From the IMG/VR virus record IMGVR_UViG_3300050500_000499: 48,915 bases of DNA, one strand, 5' to 3'. This DNA is from a virus. The translations under genes were made by a program, and so were the position numbers. The notes beneath the pieces were generated by a model that saw nothing but the letters and a program-made list of their open reading frames with translations, was not told the origin of the DNA and made no database searches. Below are positions 34,593 through 42,724 of the stretch, piece after piece. The stretch's first letter is position 1. Each line of letters begins with the position of its first letter.

Positions 34593-35335
34593 ATTGGAAC
34601 CTTTTGACAGTCGCCCCACGACACCGGGGAGGCCGATAAACCCCACGGGATGTGGAGTGGTTTGGGATAAGGAACAGGAACGGGAAGCGCCGCCCGGATT
34701 TGCGGAATGCAATCGGATCGATGGCTCGGGACCTGGAACACAATGCTGTCATGCACCTGGAGCAGGAGTTCGACCCAGGGGCAGCGCGATTTCAATTGGA
34801 GGGCTCCGCGGAAGCAGGTTTCCGCGACCGTTGATTGCGGGCCCCAGGCGAGCGCTTCAGGGAAAATTGAATCGATACGATCATAGAAGATGATCCGATA
34901 GCCGAAGGCATTTTGAATTGTCCGATTCGTCGCAAGGCTTCGTTCCACTCGCTGATGCCAGCCCTTAACGCCGGGGTGGAGTCCGAACCAGTAGGACTGA
35001 AAGCGACTCCAGAAATCCCGGCTATAGCCCAACGTGGATGCAAGTGTTGGAGGTTTTCCGCCATAGTGAGTACCGTGCACTCCACTCTTAAACTTCTGGC
35101 GGACGGCTTTACGCTCCGCCCCGATGAGCCTCGTGAACTGTGTGCCAAGCATATGCTCCGCGTTTTCACTATGAATGTCATAGCCCGTTAGAGCCGCGTT
35201 CAGGAGGAAATCGTCCTCCGCCTCGGCTGCAACAACGAGGGCATCAGCTCCAGCCAAGTCGGCGTCGAAGAGGATATAGCCGGGATCGGGGACGAAGATT
35301 TTCCTGATATTCGGAAGCTTGTATTCGGTTAGCAT
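34589..35335 (-). CDS. polA: Family A DNA polymerase C-terminal fragment with palm and fingers motifs A, B and C, 248 aa.
   Basis: IRKIFVPDPGYILFDADLAGADAL is motif A. RQKFKSGVHGTHYGG is motif B. LLQVHDSIVFQV is motif C. Confidence 0.85.
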   Translation of the reverse strand: MLTEYKLPNIRKIFVPDPGYILFDADLAGADALVVAAEAEDDFLLNAALTGYDIHSENAEHMLGTQFTRLIGAERKAVRQKFKSGVHGTHYGGKPPTLASTLGYSRDFWSRFQSYWFGLHPGVKGWHQRVERSLATNRTIQNAFGYRIIFYDRIDSIFPEALAWGPQSTVAETCFRGALQLKSRCPWVELLLQVHDSIVFQVPSHRSDCIPQIRAALPVPVPYPKPLHIPWGLSASPVSWGDCQKVPI

Positions 35336-35643
35336 CCGCTCGTCCTCGACAGGATATAGGCCCCGCGACCGTGGGAGATTTCGTAGTGAGCATTAACGGA
35401 GCGTAGCGTACTTCGCATTCGCGCAATGTAGCTCACTATGGATTCGATCTTGCATTCGCGGCCGAGCCGTTGCGCGAGCCAGGGGCCGGAACAGCCATTG
35501 CGGCCTGCAATATGGAGATGGATGAAAATCTCTGCCCGCTGGTGGCAGAAAATCATTACATCCTTCCAATAAACGATGGCGGGGCGGCCTCGGACCCAGA
35601 GCAAGGGAGGCTCGAGTCTAACGTCCTGTGGACCCAAATCCAC
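35329..35643 (-). CDS. Winged-helix (OmpR/PhoB Trans_reg_C-like) DNA-binding protein, start uncertain.
   Basis: AEIFIHLHIAGRNGCSGPWLAQRLG...IESIVSYIARMRSTLRSVNAHYEISHGRGAYIL fits the wHTH pattern. Candidate starts are GTG 35643, TTG 35637 or ATG 35556. The stop overlaps the PolA-C start (ATGCTAA). Confidence 0.5.
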   Translation of the reverse strand: MDLGPQDVRLEPPLLWVRGRPAIVYWKDVMIFCHQRAEIFIHLHIAGRNGCSGPWLAQRLGRECKIESIVSYIARMRSTLRSVNAHYEISHGRGAYILSRTSGC

Positions 35644-36073
35644 GGCCCCCACGATCAGTTCCTGGAAGGTGGGTGGCCTCCGCAACCTCGGGGGTCGCAG
35701 GCCGGGGAAGTAGGAGGAGTTGGGCGATACGGTCTTCGTGACGGACATGATAGAGGTCCCAGCCAGTGTTGCAGAGGAGGACGATGAGTTCACCAGTGTA
35801 ATCGGGGTCGATGACGCCGGGGGCATTGGCGACAAAAACGCCCTTCGCCGCCAGACCAGAGCGTGAGCAAACCAGGATGCAATGATTTGGAGGCGGAATG
35901 ACACAAATACCCGTTCGAACGGCGCAGGTCATTTGCGCGCCGATGCTTTTATGTGTTGAGCGCCCCGATTCTGTTTTTAGATAGGCGTGCACGTCGTAGC
36001 CGATCGAATTCGGAAGGGCGCGAATCGGCGGAAGGGCGTCGGCAGCAAAGCGAAAGTAGAGTAGACGATCCAT
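35618..36073 (-). CDS. dut: dUTP diphosphatase (trimeric dUTPase), 151 aa.
   Basis: PNSIGYDVHAY, GLAAKGVFV, GVIDPDYTGELIVLLCN, GDRIAQLLL and GFGSTGR are the canonical dUTPase motifs. The ATG lies 1 nt after the PolA-N stop. Confidence 0.9.
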   Translation of the reverse strand: MDRLLYFRFAADALPPIRALPNSIGYDVHAYLKTESGRSTHKSIGAQMTCAVRTGICVIPPPNHCILVCSRSGLAAKGVFVANAPGVIDPDYTGELIVLLCNTGWDLYHVRHEDRIAQLLLLPRPATPEVAEATHLPGTDRGGRGFGSTGR

Positions 36074-36074
36074 G

Positions 36075-37823
36075 TTAGTCTTCCTCTCCCATAGGAATGT
36101 TTTGCAGGTTCCCTCCGCGACCGAAGGCATTGCTGCTGCTGGACCAGCGGAAGGTTGAGGTGCCAGCAGTATTGAACATGCATTTCATGCGGCCATCCGG
36201 TTCGAGTTCAGCCTTGATGAAGGTATTATGGTAAATGCCAATGGACCTGCAATCGATCAAACAATCAAATATGCGGCTCAGTTCGGGATTTCTCGATTTC
36301 AGCTCTTGCAAGGCTTCGTAGTTGATGGTAGATTTTCCAGTTTTGCGGTTTGTTTGGCCTTTTAAGCCAAGAATTTCGTAGAACAAGGTCTTTTGTTGAT
36401 GTACGGATTCCCACCAATTCGATTTTGATGTTTTCAAAAAAGGCTTCAGCCAGGTTTGTGGGATAATCGACGACAACCAGGAATGTCGTTCCCCCAGGGC
36501 AGTGGATAGTTCGAAGGCGAGCCTGGCGCGTGCCTCGCGATTTATGCGAACGCCTTTTTGCATCATGGAGAGCGCCATGGAATTCTTTCGCTTTTCCCAT
36601 TCCCACAGCTCGCTCATGCCATGATCGCGAATCAGAGTACGAAGGGCGCTTGCGCATTCGAATGTCCTCAAACTGTCCTCAGCATTATAGCGCAGATTTT
36701 GTTCCCAGTCGATGGAATTGTTCCATTCCTTTAAGTCCTCCTTCCAATACCAGTGGTAGCGGCAATAGAGGGAAGAAAGATAATCCAGCCCCTTCGGTGT
36801 TCCAGGAAAGAGTAAGTGATGCGCCAGCATCGTATCAAAATCGAGTCTGGGGCAACGTCCCCAACTGGATTCGATGTATTGGAGATCGTATAGGTAATTC
36901 TGCCCCTCGATTTGAATGTTTGGATGCGAAAGGATGGCCACAATGCACTGGACAAGTTCGATTTCCTCCCGTTCACTCCAAAAGTTGCGCCAGATTTTGC
37001 CCTCGGGCCGCACGAACGGGATTACGAGGGCCGTCCCTGTTTCGTCGTAAGGTCCTGTAGCAAAGGACATACAGGTGATGAATCCGCGCGCCGTTTCGAT
37101 GTCGTGGGACAGGCGTAGACCGTTTCCACGGTCAAGCTGCCCTTTCCACAAGCCCAGCAGTTCCCGAGTTTCGGCAAAGCTTCCAGGTGCGAGAACCTTT
37201 GGACCAGTAAGTGGACGCCACATGTTTTGCAGTGCACGAGGAACGCGAGTTCTAAGGTCATGGACGGTCACCGCTCTTTGATACCAAGCTCGCATTATCG
37301 CGGCCGGATGCAGAATCGGGAGCACCTTTAGCTGGAGTCCAGGGATGGTCGCCGACTCCAGCATGGAGCCACGCCAAGAAGTTATCCCGCCAGGGACACG
37401 GACGGTCGCACCATTTCCAGTTGACGTTGATGATATTGAGCAGCAGTCGGCCGTTGCCCACATAGCATAGTTGCCAGCGGCAATGACAAGTCGGGGTTTT
37501 ACCGCTCGAATCTGGGCTTCCAAACGCTGAATTTCCGATACAGCGAAATTCGTTGGACATAAGCCACGATAGCGGGGCGAGGTTGTCGAAGAATCGTGGA
37601 AGAAATGCCATGCCTCATTGTCCTCCGGTTGAGCGTTGAACACATTTGTGCACAGGATCGAGTTGCGCGCGATCCCTGCCTCGGCCAGCATGCGATCCAG
37701 TTCGAGGCCGGCGCCCCCGACAAAGGGACGCTTTTGCACCGCCTCCTCGGAGCCCCAGCTTTCGCCGACGAGCATTATCGGGGCGTCGAGGGGGCCGCTG
37801 GTGCAGTCGAACAGGGAGGTCAC
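36075..37823 (-). CDS. polA: Family A DNA polymerase N-terminal fragment: UDG family-4-like domain, 3'-5' exonuclease and thumb, 582 aa.
   Basis: GESWGSEE...PFVGGAGLELD...ILHPAAIMR is UDG4-like. HDIETA, NYLYDLQY and YNAEDS are Exo I-III. The fragment ends ...FRWSSSSNAFGRGGNLQNIPMGEED, the box that precedes motif A. GTG start. Confidence 0.85.
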   Translation of the reverse strand: MTSLFDCTSGPLDAPIMLVGESWGSEEAVQKRPFVGGAGLELDRMLAEAGIARNSILCTNVFNAQPEDNEAWHFFHDSSTTSPRYRGLCPTNFAVSEIQRLEAQIRAVKPRLVIAAGNYAMWATADCCSISSTSTGNGATVRVPGGITSWRGSMLESATIPGLQLKVLPILHPAAIMRAWYQRAVTVHDLRTRVPRALQNMWRPLTGPKVLAPGSFAETRELLGLWKGQLDRGNGLRLSHDIETARGFITCMSFATGPYDETGTALVIPFVRPEGKIWRNFWSEREEIELVQCIVAILSHPNIQIEGQNYLYDLQYIESSWGRCPRLDFDTMLAHHLLFPGTPKGLDYLSSLYCRYHWYWKEDLKEWNNSIDWEQNLRYNAEDSLRTFECASALRTLIRDHGMSELWEWEKRKNSMALSMMQKGVRINREARARLAFELSTALGERHSWLSSIIPQTWLKPFLKTSKSNWWESVHQQKTLFYEILGLKGQTNRKTGKSTINYEALQELKSRNPELSRIFDCLIDCRSIGIYHNTFIKAELEPDGRMKCMFNTAGTSTFRWSSSSNAFGRGGNLQNIPMGEED

Positions 37824-38119
37824 TCGGCCTTGTCCTCGTTATGGCGCGCAATGAGTTCGCCGGGCCAGCCTGGCACGTCGACGAACCACTCGTTTTTGTC
37901 GATGACAAGGAAGGCTTCGACGGTGAGTTGCCAAGCACGATTGATGACGTCGTCGACTGGCATTTGCTGTCCGCTATTAAGGGGCGGATTCATGCCGATG
38001 CGGACCAGTTCGATGAACAGGTTGCCTTCCGCGGTGAGCCGAAAGCGTTCATTGAGCAGGACCTGGTGGCGCTGGACGGCGCCAGGATCGATAGTTACGA
38101 CTTCGGGTTTCGTTCGCAT
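37820..38119 (-). CDS. Hypothetical protein, 99 aa.
   Basis: GTGA overlap with the polA-N start. No motif recognised. Confidence 0.55.
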   Translation of the reverse strand: MRTKPEVVTIDPGAVQRHQVLLNERFRLTAEGNLFIELVRIGMNPPLNSGQQMPVDDVINRAWQLTVEAFLVIDKNEWFVDVPGWPGELIARHNEDKAE

Positions 38120-38176
38120 CAGATAAGTCCTTTGTCGTAGGCCTTTTCGGTTTCGTGGATCTTGCGAGCAGCAAAG

Positions 38177-39556
38177 TCAAAGAGCTTCGACTCCGACGTC
38201 GGTGGACTCCGGGGGCTGCGGTTGAGGCTGGTCGTCCTTTTGCGAGTTGACCAGGGCGAGATTGAAGGCTTTTTCGTCTTGCTCGATTCCTAGGGCCTTG
38301 CGGCGCAGCCGGCGAGCAGCAACAAGAGTGCTACCGCTACCGCAACAAGGGTCAAGAACTGTATCTCCACTAAGCGTCGAGCATGAGATAAGTTGTTCGA
38401 GGAGCGGGACTGGCTTTTCCGGTCCATACTCACGGTCAGCACGGCCCACGCGATTATGACGAAGGATATCGACAGGTGCATGATAGAGACCCTTATCGCC
38501 TTTGGTCGCGTACATGATCCATTCACAGGTGCGACGGAAGCCGGAGCGGCCCCAGGGGGCGAGCCCCTCACTATCCGACTTCACCCAGGTTATGGGAGTG
38601 CGGAAAACGTCCCAGCCTGCGCGCTGCGCCGCTTCCTTGAGCCACGTAAAGAGGTCGATATCGCAAAAGATAAACATATTTGCGCGTTGTCGAGTGACCC
38701 GGAAGCCTTCGCTAATAATGCATTGCAGCAGGCTTTTAGCTGTTGCAGGATCGTCGGTGTAGTTATGATGTTGGACAGTACGTGCACGAAAGCCTCCGCT
38801 GTCCGCTCCGATACCATATGGCGGGTCGGCAAGGATAAGATCGAATTGACCTTCATCGAGACTGGGCATGAGGTGAAGGAGATTGCCGCGGCGGACCTGA
38901 ATATCGGGCGCGGCGTCGAGTTGCGGCTGGCGTTTGATAAGTTCGGCTGCGAACGCTTTTTCCTCTTTGGCGTAGACGAGGTGGAGCGCCTCCGTTGCAT
39001 TGCGCGCCTTTTGGATCGCCGGATCATCGAGGTGTCTTGCTATGATGTTGGCTTCGCGAACGGCGACGCCGGCCCACCGCATTTGACCCTCGCTCGGATT
39101 CGAGGTCGCCTTTTGGGCCAGTTCGCGCCCCGTGTCGAGGCCGGTTTGCTGTGGATTTTCAGTTAAGCGCAATTGGTGGATTTCAGCAAGCGCAGAAATG
39201 CGGTCCTGCCAGGGCAGTTCCTCCCGCATGATATTCTCATGCAGTTCGACAGTTTTCAGATCACCGAACGACAGATTGTCATTCAGTTCTGTGACCGGGA
39301 CCTCGCCGGGGGTAATGATCTGTCGATTACAATGGAAAATGTGACCCGCGTTCCCGATGGCGTCAATGGCGCGAAGTCGACGTCCCCCAGCGACAAGAAC
39401 GAAATTTTCGCTGTCTCTGCGGCGGTGTACGACTGGAGGGTGATATAGCCCGTTTGTCGCGATGTCGGCAGCGAGATCTTGTACTGCACGGAGATCCATG
39501 GTTCGGCGCTGTCGGGAGTCGGGGACATCAAGCTCACTCCTTTTGATGATTCGCAT
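38177..39556 (-). CDS. ParB-like nuclease domain fused to an N6/N4 DNA methyltransferase, 459 aa.
   Basis: N-terminus SRQRR...LAADIATNGLYHPPVV...LVAGGRRLRA is ParB/Srx-like. DLILADPPYG is motif IV and it precedes LDPCCGSGST (motif I), giving a beta-class order. Confidence 0.85.
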   Translation of the reverse strand: MRIIKRSELDVPDSRQRRTMDLRAVQDLAADIATNGLYHPPVVHRRRDSENFVLVAGGRRLRAIDAIGNAGHIFHCNRQIITPGEVPVTELNDNLSFGDLKTVELHENIMREELPWQDRISALAEIHQLRLTENPQQTGLDTGRELAQKATSNPSEGQMRWAGVAVREANIIARHLDDPAIQKARNATEALHLVYAKEEKAFAAELIKRQPQLDAAPDIQVRRGNLLHLMPSLDEGQFDLILADPPYGIGADSGGFRARTVQHHNYTDDPATAKSLLQCIISEGFRVTRQRANMFIFCDIDLFTWLKEAAQRAGWDVFRTPITWVKSDSEGLAPWGRSGFRRTCEWIMYATKGDKGLYHAPVDILRHNRVGRADREYGPEKPVPLLEQLISCSTLSGDTVLDPCCGSGSTLVAARRLRRKALGIEQDEKAFNLALVNSQKDDQPQPQPPESTDVGVEAL

Positions 39557-39580
39557 TTTGGGGAACCTCGGGGTTCGGGC

Positions 39581-39610
39581 AAAAAAAGGGGGAGCGCATT
39601 CGCGCGCTCC
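39581..39610 (-). terminator. Rho-independent terminator on the reverse strand.
   Basis: The reverse strand reads GGAGCGC-gcgaat-GCGCTCC followed by CCCTTTTTTTG. It lies between the SSB-like gene and the ParB-methyltransferase gene. Confidence 0.7.
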
Positions 39611-39631
39611 AGTTTATGCGAAGCAAGCGTG

Positions 39632-40099
39632 TCAAGTCAGCTTCGCAACCTTGCGAACCTCGGCGTACTTGATGTTGGGATCGTTTTTGTCGCTCCTCTG
39701 GCCAACCTTGACCATGAAGGGGCCGCGGCCCTTGAGGCGGCTGATCTTGTCGCCGAAGGTTCCGCCAGCATCATTCAAGCCCGCGGCGTCGAACAAACGG
39801 CCGAAGCCCACGTTTTTCCCTTCACCCAGGTCGAGGGCTCCGGAGTCGGTAACGTCGATCCAGAGGGTCATCGGGACCAGGACCTTGTCGCGGCCGAGTT
39901 CCTTTTTGAGATTCTCGTCGAGGATGGAGAACAGGACCGTGGCTTGAGGCGAGAGATTGCGGGAGGCGTCGCCGTCGCGGAACTGGATGGCCTTTTCGCC
40001 ATCGTCGATGATGGCTTTGTATTCGCCCTCGCGAGGCACTTTTACCGTCGTCGAAAGAGGTCCGGCAACGGGGGCGTCGAGTAGTGCTTTCATATCCAT
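39632..40099 (-). CDS. Putative single-stranded DNA-binding protein, gp2.5/DUF2815-like, 155 aa.
   Basis: ATG at 40099 (MDMKALLDAP...). The upstream part of the 315-aa track ORF is non-coding-like. The call rests on position beside the recombination genes and on a beta-rich sequence with a basic tail. It is weak. Confidence 0.35.
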   Translation of the reverse strand: MDMKALLDAPVAGPLSTTVKVPREGEYKAIIDDGEKAIQFRDGDASRNLSPQATVLFSILDENLKKELGRDKVLVPMTLWIDVTDSGALDLGEGKNVGFGRLFDAAGLNDAGGTFGDKISRLKGRGPFMVKVGQRSDKNDPNIKYAEVRKVAKLT

Positions 40100-40203
40100 G
40101 ATTGGATATCCTAGTCGGACAGGGTCAGGTTGCAGAGCTGGAGGCAGGTGTCCGAGTCCCACCAAGTCTCTGATTCGGGCGTTCGCCCAGAATTCTTTGA
40201 CTG

Positions 40204-40461
40204 TCAAGCGTTTCCGGAACGTTCGCTTTCCGGAGCCGGATGCATTTCCCATTCGGCGACTCCGTGGCCAGTGATAGCCTCGACGCCGTGCGCCATTACC
40301 ATTTGCATGAGCAGTATGAATCCTTCCTTTATCTTTGGGTCTTGTTTGGCAGGATGGAGGAGGATGGAGCCGATCAGCTCTGCATTTTCCATCGAATGCT
40401 CTTCTGCGATGTAGGCGTTCCACCATATTCCTTCCTGACGAAGGGCGAGTCGGAGTTTCAT
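40204..40461 (-). CDS. Hypothetical protein, 85 aa.
   Basis: ATGA overlap with the upstream stop. Starts MKLRLALRQEGIWWNAYIAEE. Confidence 0.5.
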   Translation of the reverse strand: MKLRLALRQEGIWWNAYIAEEHSMENAELIGSILLHPAKQDPKIKEGFILLMQMVMAHGVEAITGHGVAEWEMHPAPESERSGNA

Positions 40462-40709
40462 GTGGCGCTCTCTTTCGCTGGAGCTTCGCTCCAAAGTCCT
40501 TCGATGGCATTGCCGATTGCATCGAGAGAGTTGGCAACACCGTCAAGTCTTTCGCCGAGGTGGGCCGCAAGCCCTTCAATGGCTCCCATTGAGGTCATGG
40601 CGTCGGCGTTGCCCAGATTTTTAATCTGGCGTGCCACCTCGAATAAGGCGAGGGCTATAGCAAAACTGCCTTCGCCACTATTTGCACGTTCTTCCCAGTC
40701 GTTCATCAT
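40458..40709 (-). CDS. Hypothetical protein, 83 aa.
   Basis: 4-nt overlap with the upstream ATPase gene. Helical, with a repeated GN-A-I/M-EGL pattern. Confidence 0.5.
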   Translation of the reverse strand: MMNDWEERANSGEGSFAIALALFEVARQIKNLGNADAMTSMGAIEGLAAHLGERLDGVANSLDAIGNAIEGLWSEAPAKESAT

Positions 40710-41596
40710 GCTGCACTCGCTTTTGCTGCGGCGACCCGCTTTTGATAGGCCGCGACAATTGGGGTGAAGTCCGGCACCAGTTCTTGGCCGATCGGCAGAA
40801 TTCGATTCTTGAGATCGGCCTCATTGTCCATTGTGCGCCAGGTGAATTTTTGCGCCCCCCTTTTCGACAAGACCACCTCGCCGAAGAAGCGAGGAACACG
40901 GGGGCCGAGCTTCGAGCCGAGGGCGGCCGCGACCACCTTGGAGGTGCCACTGACTTCGTCCGGTTCGCGCACAATGTGGGCGTTGCAGATGAAATAGGAG
41001 GTCAAATCGGCCTGGAATTTAAGGAGGATATTTTCCTCTAAGCCCATGGCGATGCCCCACTCGCCTTGGTGCGGGCTCGGCTTGAAGCCCACAGTATTCT
41101 GCATCACGATATGGTTGAGGCCGGAGAGCGAGTCCAAGCACACAGCGCACTCTGGACCCAGCTTCTCGATGGGACCGAACTCTTTGCCCGTCCTTTCGCA
41201 CTTGAAGTTCTCGCACAGATCGAAGAATTTGCCAAGCTGCTTCATCTGGTCCTTGGCCACGCCCATTTTGAGCTTGGAAAGGTCCTCATAAGACATCACG
41301 TTTGCCAGTTGTCCGGCTTGGCGTAAGCTGCCCCAGCCGGGCGAAGCCGGGGGCACATAGCTCCAGTGCAGGAGATTGAGGTCGTAGCCTTTTCTGCTAA
41401 TTTCATCCAACAGGGATTCGATGCCGCCGGGCTCCGTGCTGATAACGAAGGTGCGGACACGATTCAAGATTAGCGTGGCGAGGGCAGTGGTTTTCCCAGA
41501 GCCGGGCGCGCCCATGTTTAAGAGCGATGGAGGCTGTAAAAGCCCCATAGGATTTGAGCCAGGGCTGGCGACACCTGCAACGTGGTCAACTGGCAT
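40706..41596 (-). CDS. AAA_24/Sak4-like RecA-family ATPase, 296 aa.
   Basis: LLNMGAPGSGKTTALATL is Walker A. FVISTEPGG follows, and CLDSLSG is Walker B-like. Confidence 0.7.
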   Translation of the reverse strand: MPVDHVAGVASPGSNPMGLLQPPSLLNMGAPGSGKTTALATLILNRVRTFVISTEPGGIESLLDEISRKGYDLNLLHWSYVPPASPGWGSLRQAGQLANVMSYEDLSKLKMGVAKDQMKQLGKFFDLCENFKCERTGKEFGPIEKLGPECAVCLDSLSGLNHIVMQNTVGFKPSPHQGEWGIAMGLEENILLKFQADLTSYFICNAHIVREPDEVSGTSKVVAAALGSKLGPRVPRFFGEVVLSKRGAQKFTWRTMDNEADLKNRILPIGQELVPDFTPIVAAYQKRVAAAKASAA

Positions 41597-41662
41597 TGTC
41601 GAGTTTCCTTTTCCAGTGGAGGCAGCGGAAGCGGGAGTCGGTGGTTTGGCCGCTCCAGCTCG

Positions 41663-42724
41663 CTAGGGAATTCTGGCAAGTTCCAAGGTAGGATTCGGTG
41701 GGATGGCGAGACCAAGACTGGCAATTTTCGCAATACTTGTAGAGGGCGAGGCGATCGAGGTCTCGGCGATCGGGTTTCGAGCGAGGGGATTCCATCGGGC
41801 AACCTTGTAGCTGGAGTTCCAGCGGTCCGGGTGGGGGCTCGTGCAGCGGTCCATGAAGGGGCAGTTGCCGTACATTGTGCAGGCTTCGCCGAGGTTCCAG
41901 TCGAAGTATTGCTCCTGCCAGGCGCGCGTGATGCGCCAGAGATCGCGGCGCAATTGTTCGTGCCAGCGCTCGATCAGGAATTGCGAGTAGGGTTTGATCG
42001 CCTCGACCTGGCGAATCTCCTTTTTAGTGATGATGATTCCGCGCACGACAACAGTCGAACAATTAATGCCCATTTGCTGAAGCGCCCAGCAGTAGCCGAG
42101 GAATTGAGATCGCAGATTCCATTTGTCGGACCAATTCGTTTCGAGGCGGCCCGCCGTTTTTTCGTCGCGGATGACGACTTGACGCGAGGCTCCATTTGTT
42201 AGTTCTCCGAGGAGGTCGAAGCGGCCGACATAAATCCAGGGCTCGCCAGTGACAGGATGAAGGGGGAAGTATTTCTCCTTATCCCCTATAACGTCAGCCC
42301 ACGGAGCGGCAGGCTCCAGGGGAATGGCGAAAGAGAATTCGACGGAGGTTTGCCCATCGAAGGAATAGGGTTGAACGTGGTCGGTGCGAGGGGGATATTT
42401 TTGGATGTAGGACTCGACGGCGGCCCACATATTTTCGCGGGTTTTTGCGGTGTCTTTTTTCGGTTCGAAATCATCCCACTCGTGAAAAAATCGTGCAAGA
42501 GCGCGGCCCGTCGCACTCGGGGTGTCGAGCCCGTCCTCGTAGGTTGCCCGATAAAAGGATTCGAGTGAAGCGGAAACGCAGCCGCCGGCATGGAGGTCGA
42601 TGCTGGTTTCGGCGGGCCGCAGGCCGAGGCAGAATTCGGTATGGAACTTTTGCAGACATGTTCGGGCACACGACATCATCGTGGAGTCCATGTAGTGCGG
42701 AAGCAGGGATTGAGTCTCGGTCAT
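41663..42724 (-). CDS. Cas4/RecB-like PD-(D/E)xK exonuclease with an Fe-S type Cys cluster, 353 aa.
   Basis: N-terminal Cys (MMSCARTC). GRFDLLGE, VVIRDEKTAG and RSQFLGYCWAL (QxxxY) motifs. C-terminal GEACTMYGNCPFMDRC. Confidence 0.75.
   Translation of the reverse strand: MTETQSLLPHYMDSTMMSCARTCLQKFHTEFCLGLRPAETSIDLHAGGCVSASLESFYRATYEDGLDTPSATGRALARFFHEWDDFEPKKDTAKTRENMWAAVESYIQKYPPRTDHVQPYSFDGQTSVEFSFAIPLEPAAPWADVIGDKEKYFPLHPVTGEPWIYVGRFDLLGELTNGASRQVVIRDEKTAGRLETNWSDKWNLRSQFLGYCWALQQMGINCSTVVVRGIIITKKEIRQVEAIKPYSQFLIERWHEQLRRDLWRITRAWQEQYFDWNLGEACTMYGNCPFMDRCTSPHPDRWNSSYKVARWNPLARNPIAETSIASPSTSIAKIASLGLAIPPNPTLELARIP

Noticed and set aside
35336-36074. An intein or a self-splicing intron interrupting polA.
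   Set aside because: The N-fragment ends in a stop codon and the intervening ORFs are in other frames with their own starts, so there is no in-frame intein. The insert is almost fully occupied by two tightly packed, intact genes (dUTPase and wHTH), which is unlike intron structure. Splicing cannot be formally excluded without RNA data.
40185-40207. TTGACA on the reverse strand overlapping the stop of 40204..40461, as a possible promoter for the SSB-like gene.
   Set aside because: The hexamer 17 nt downstream is GAACGC, so there is no acceptable -10 box.
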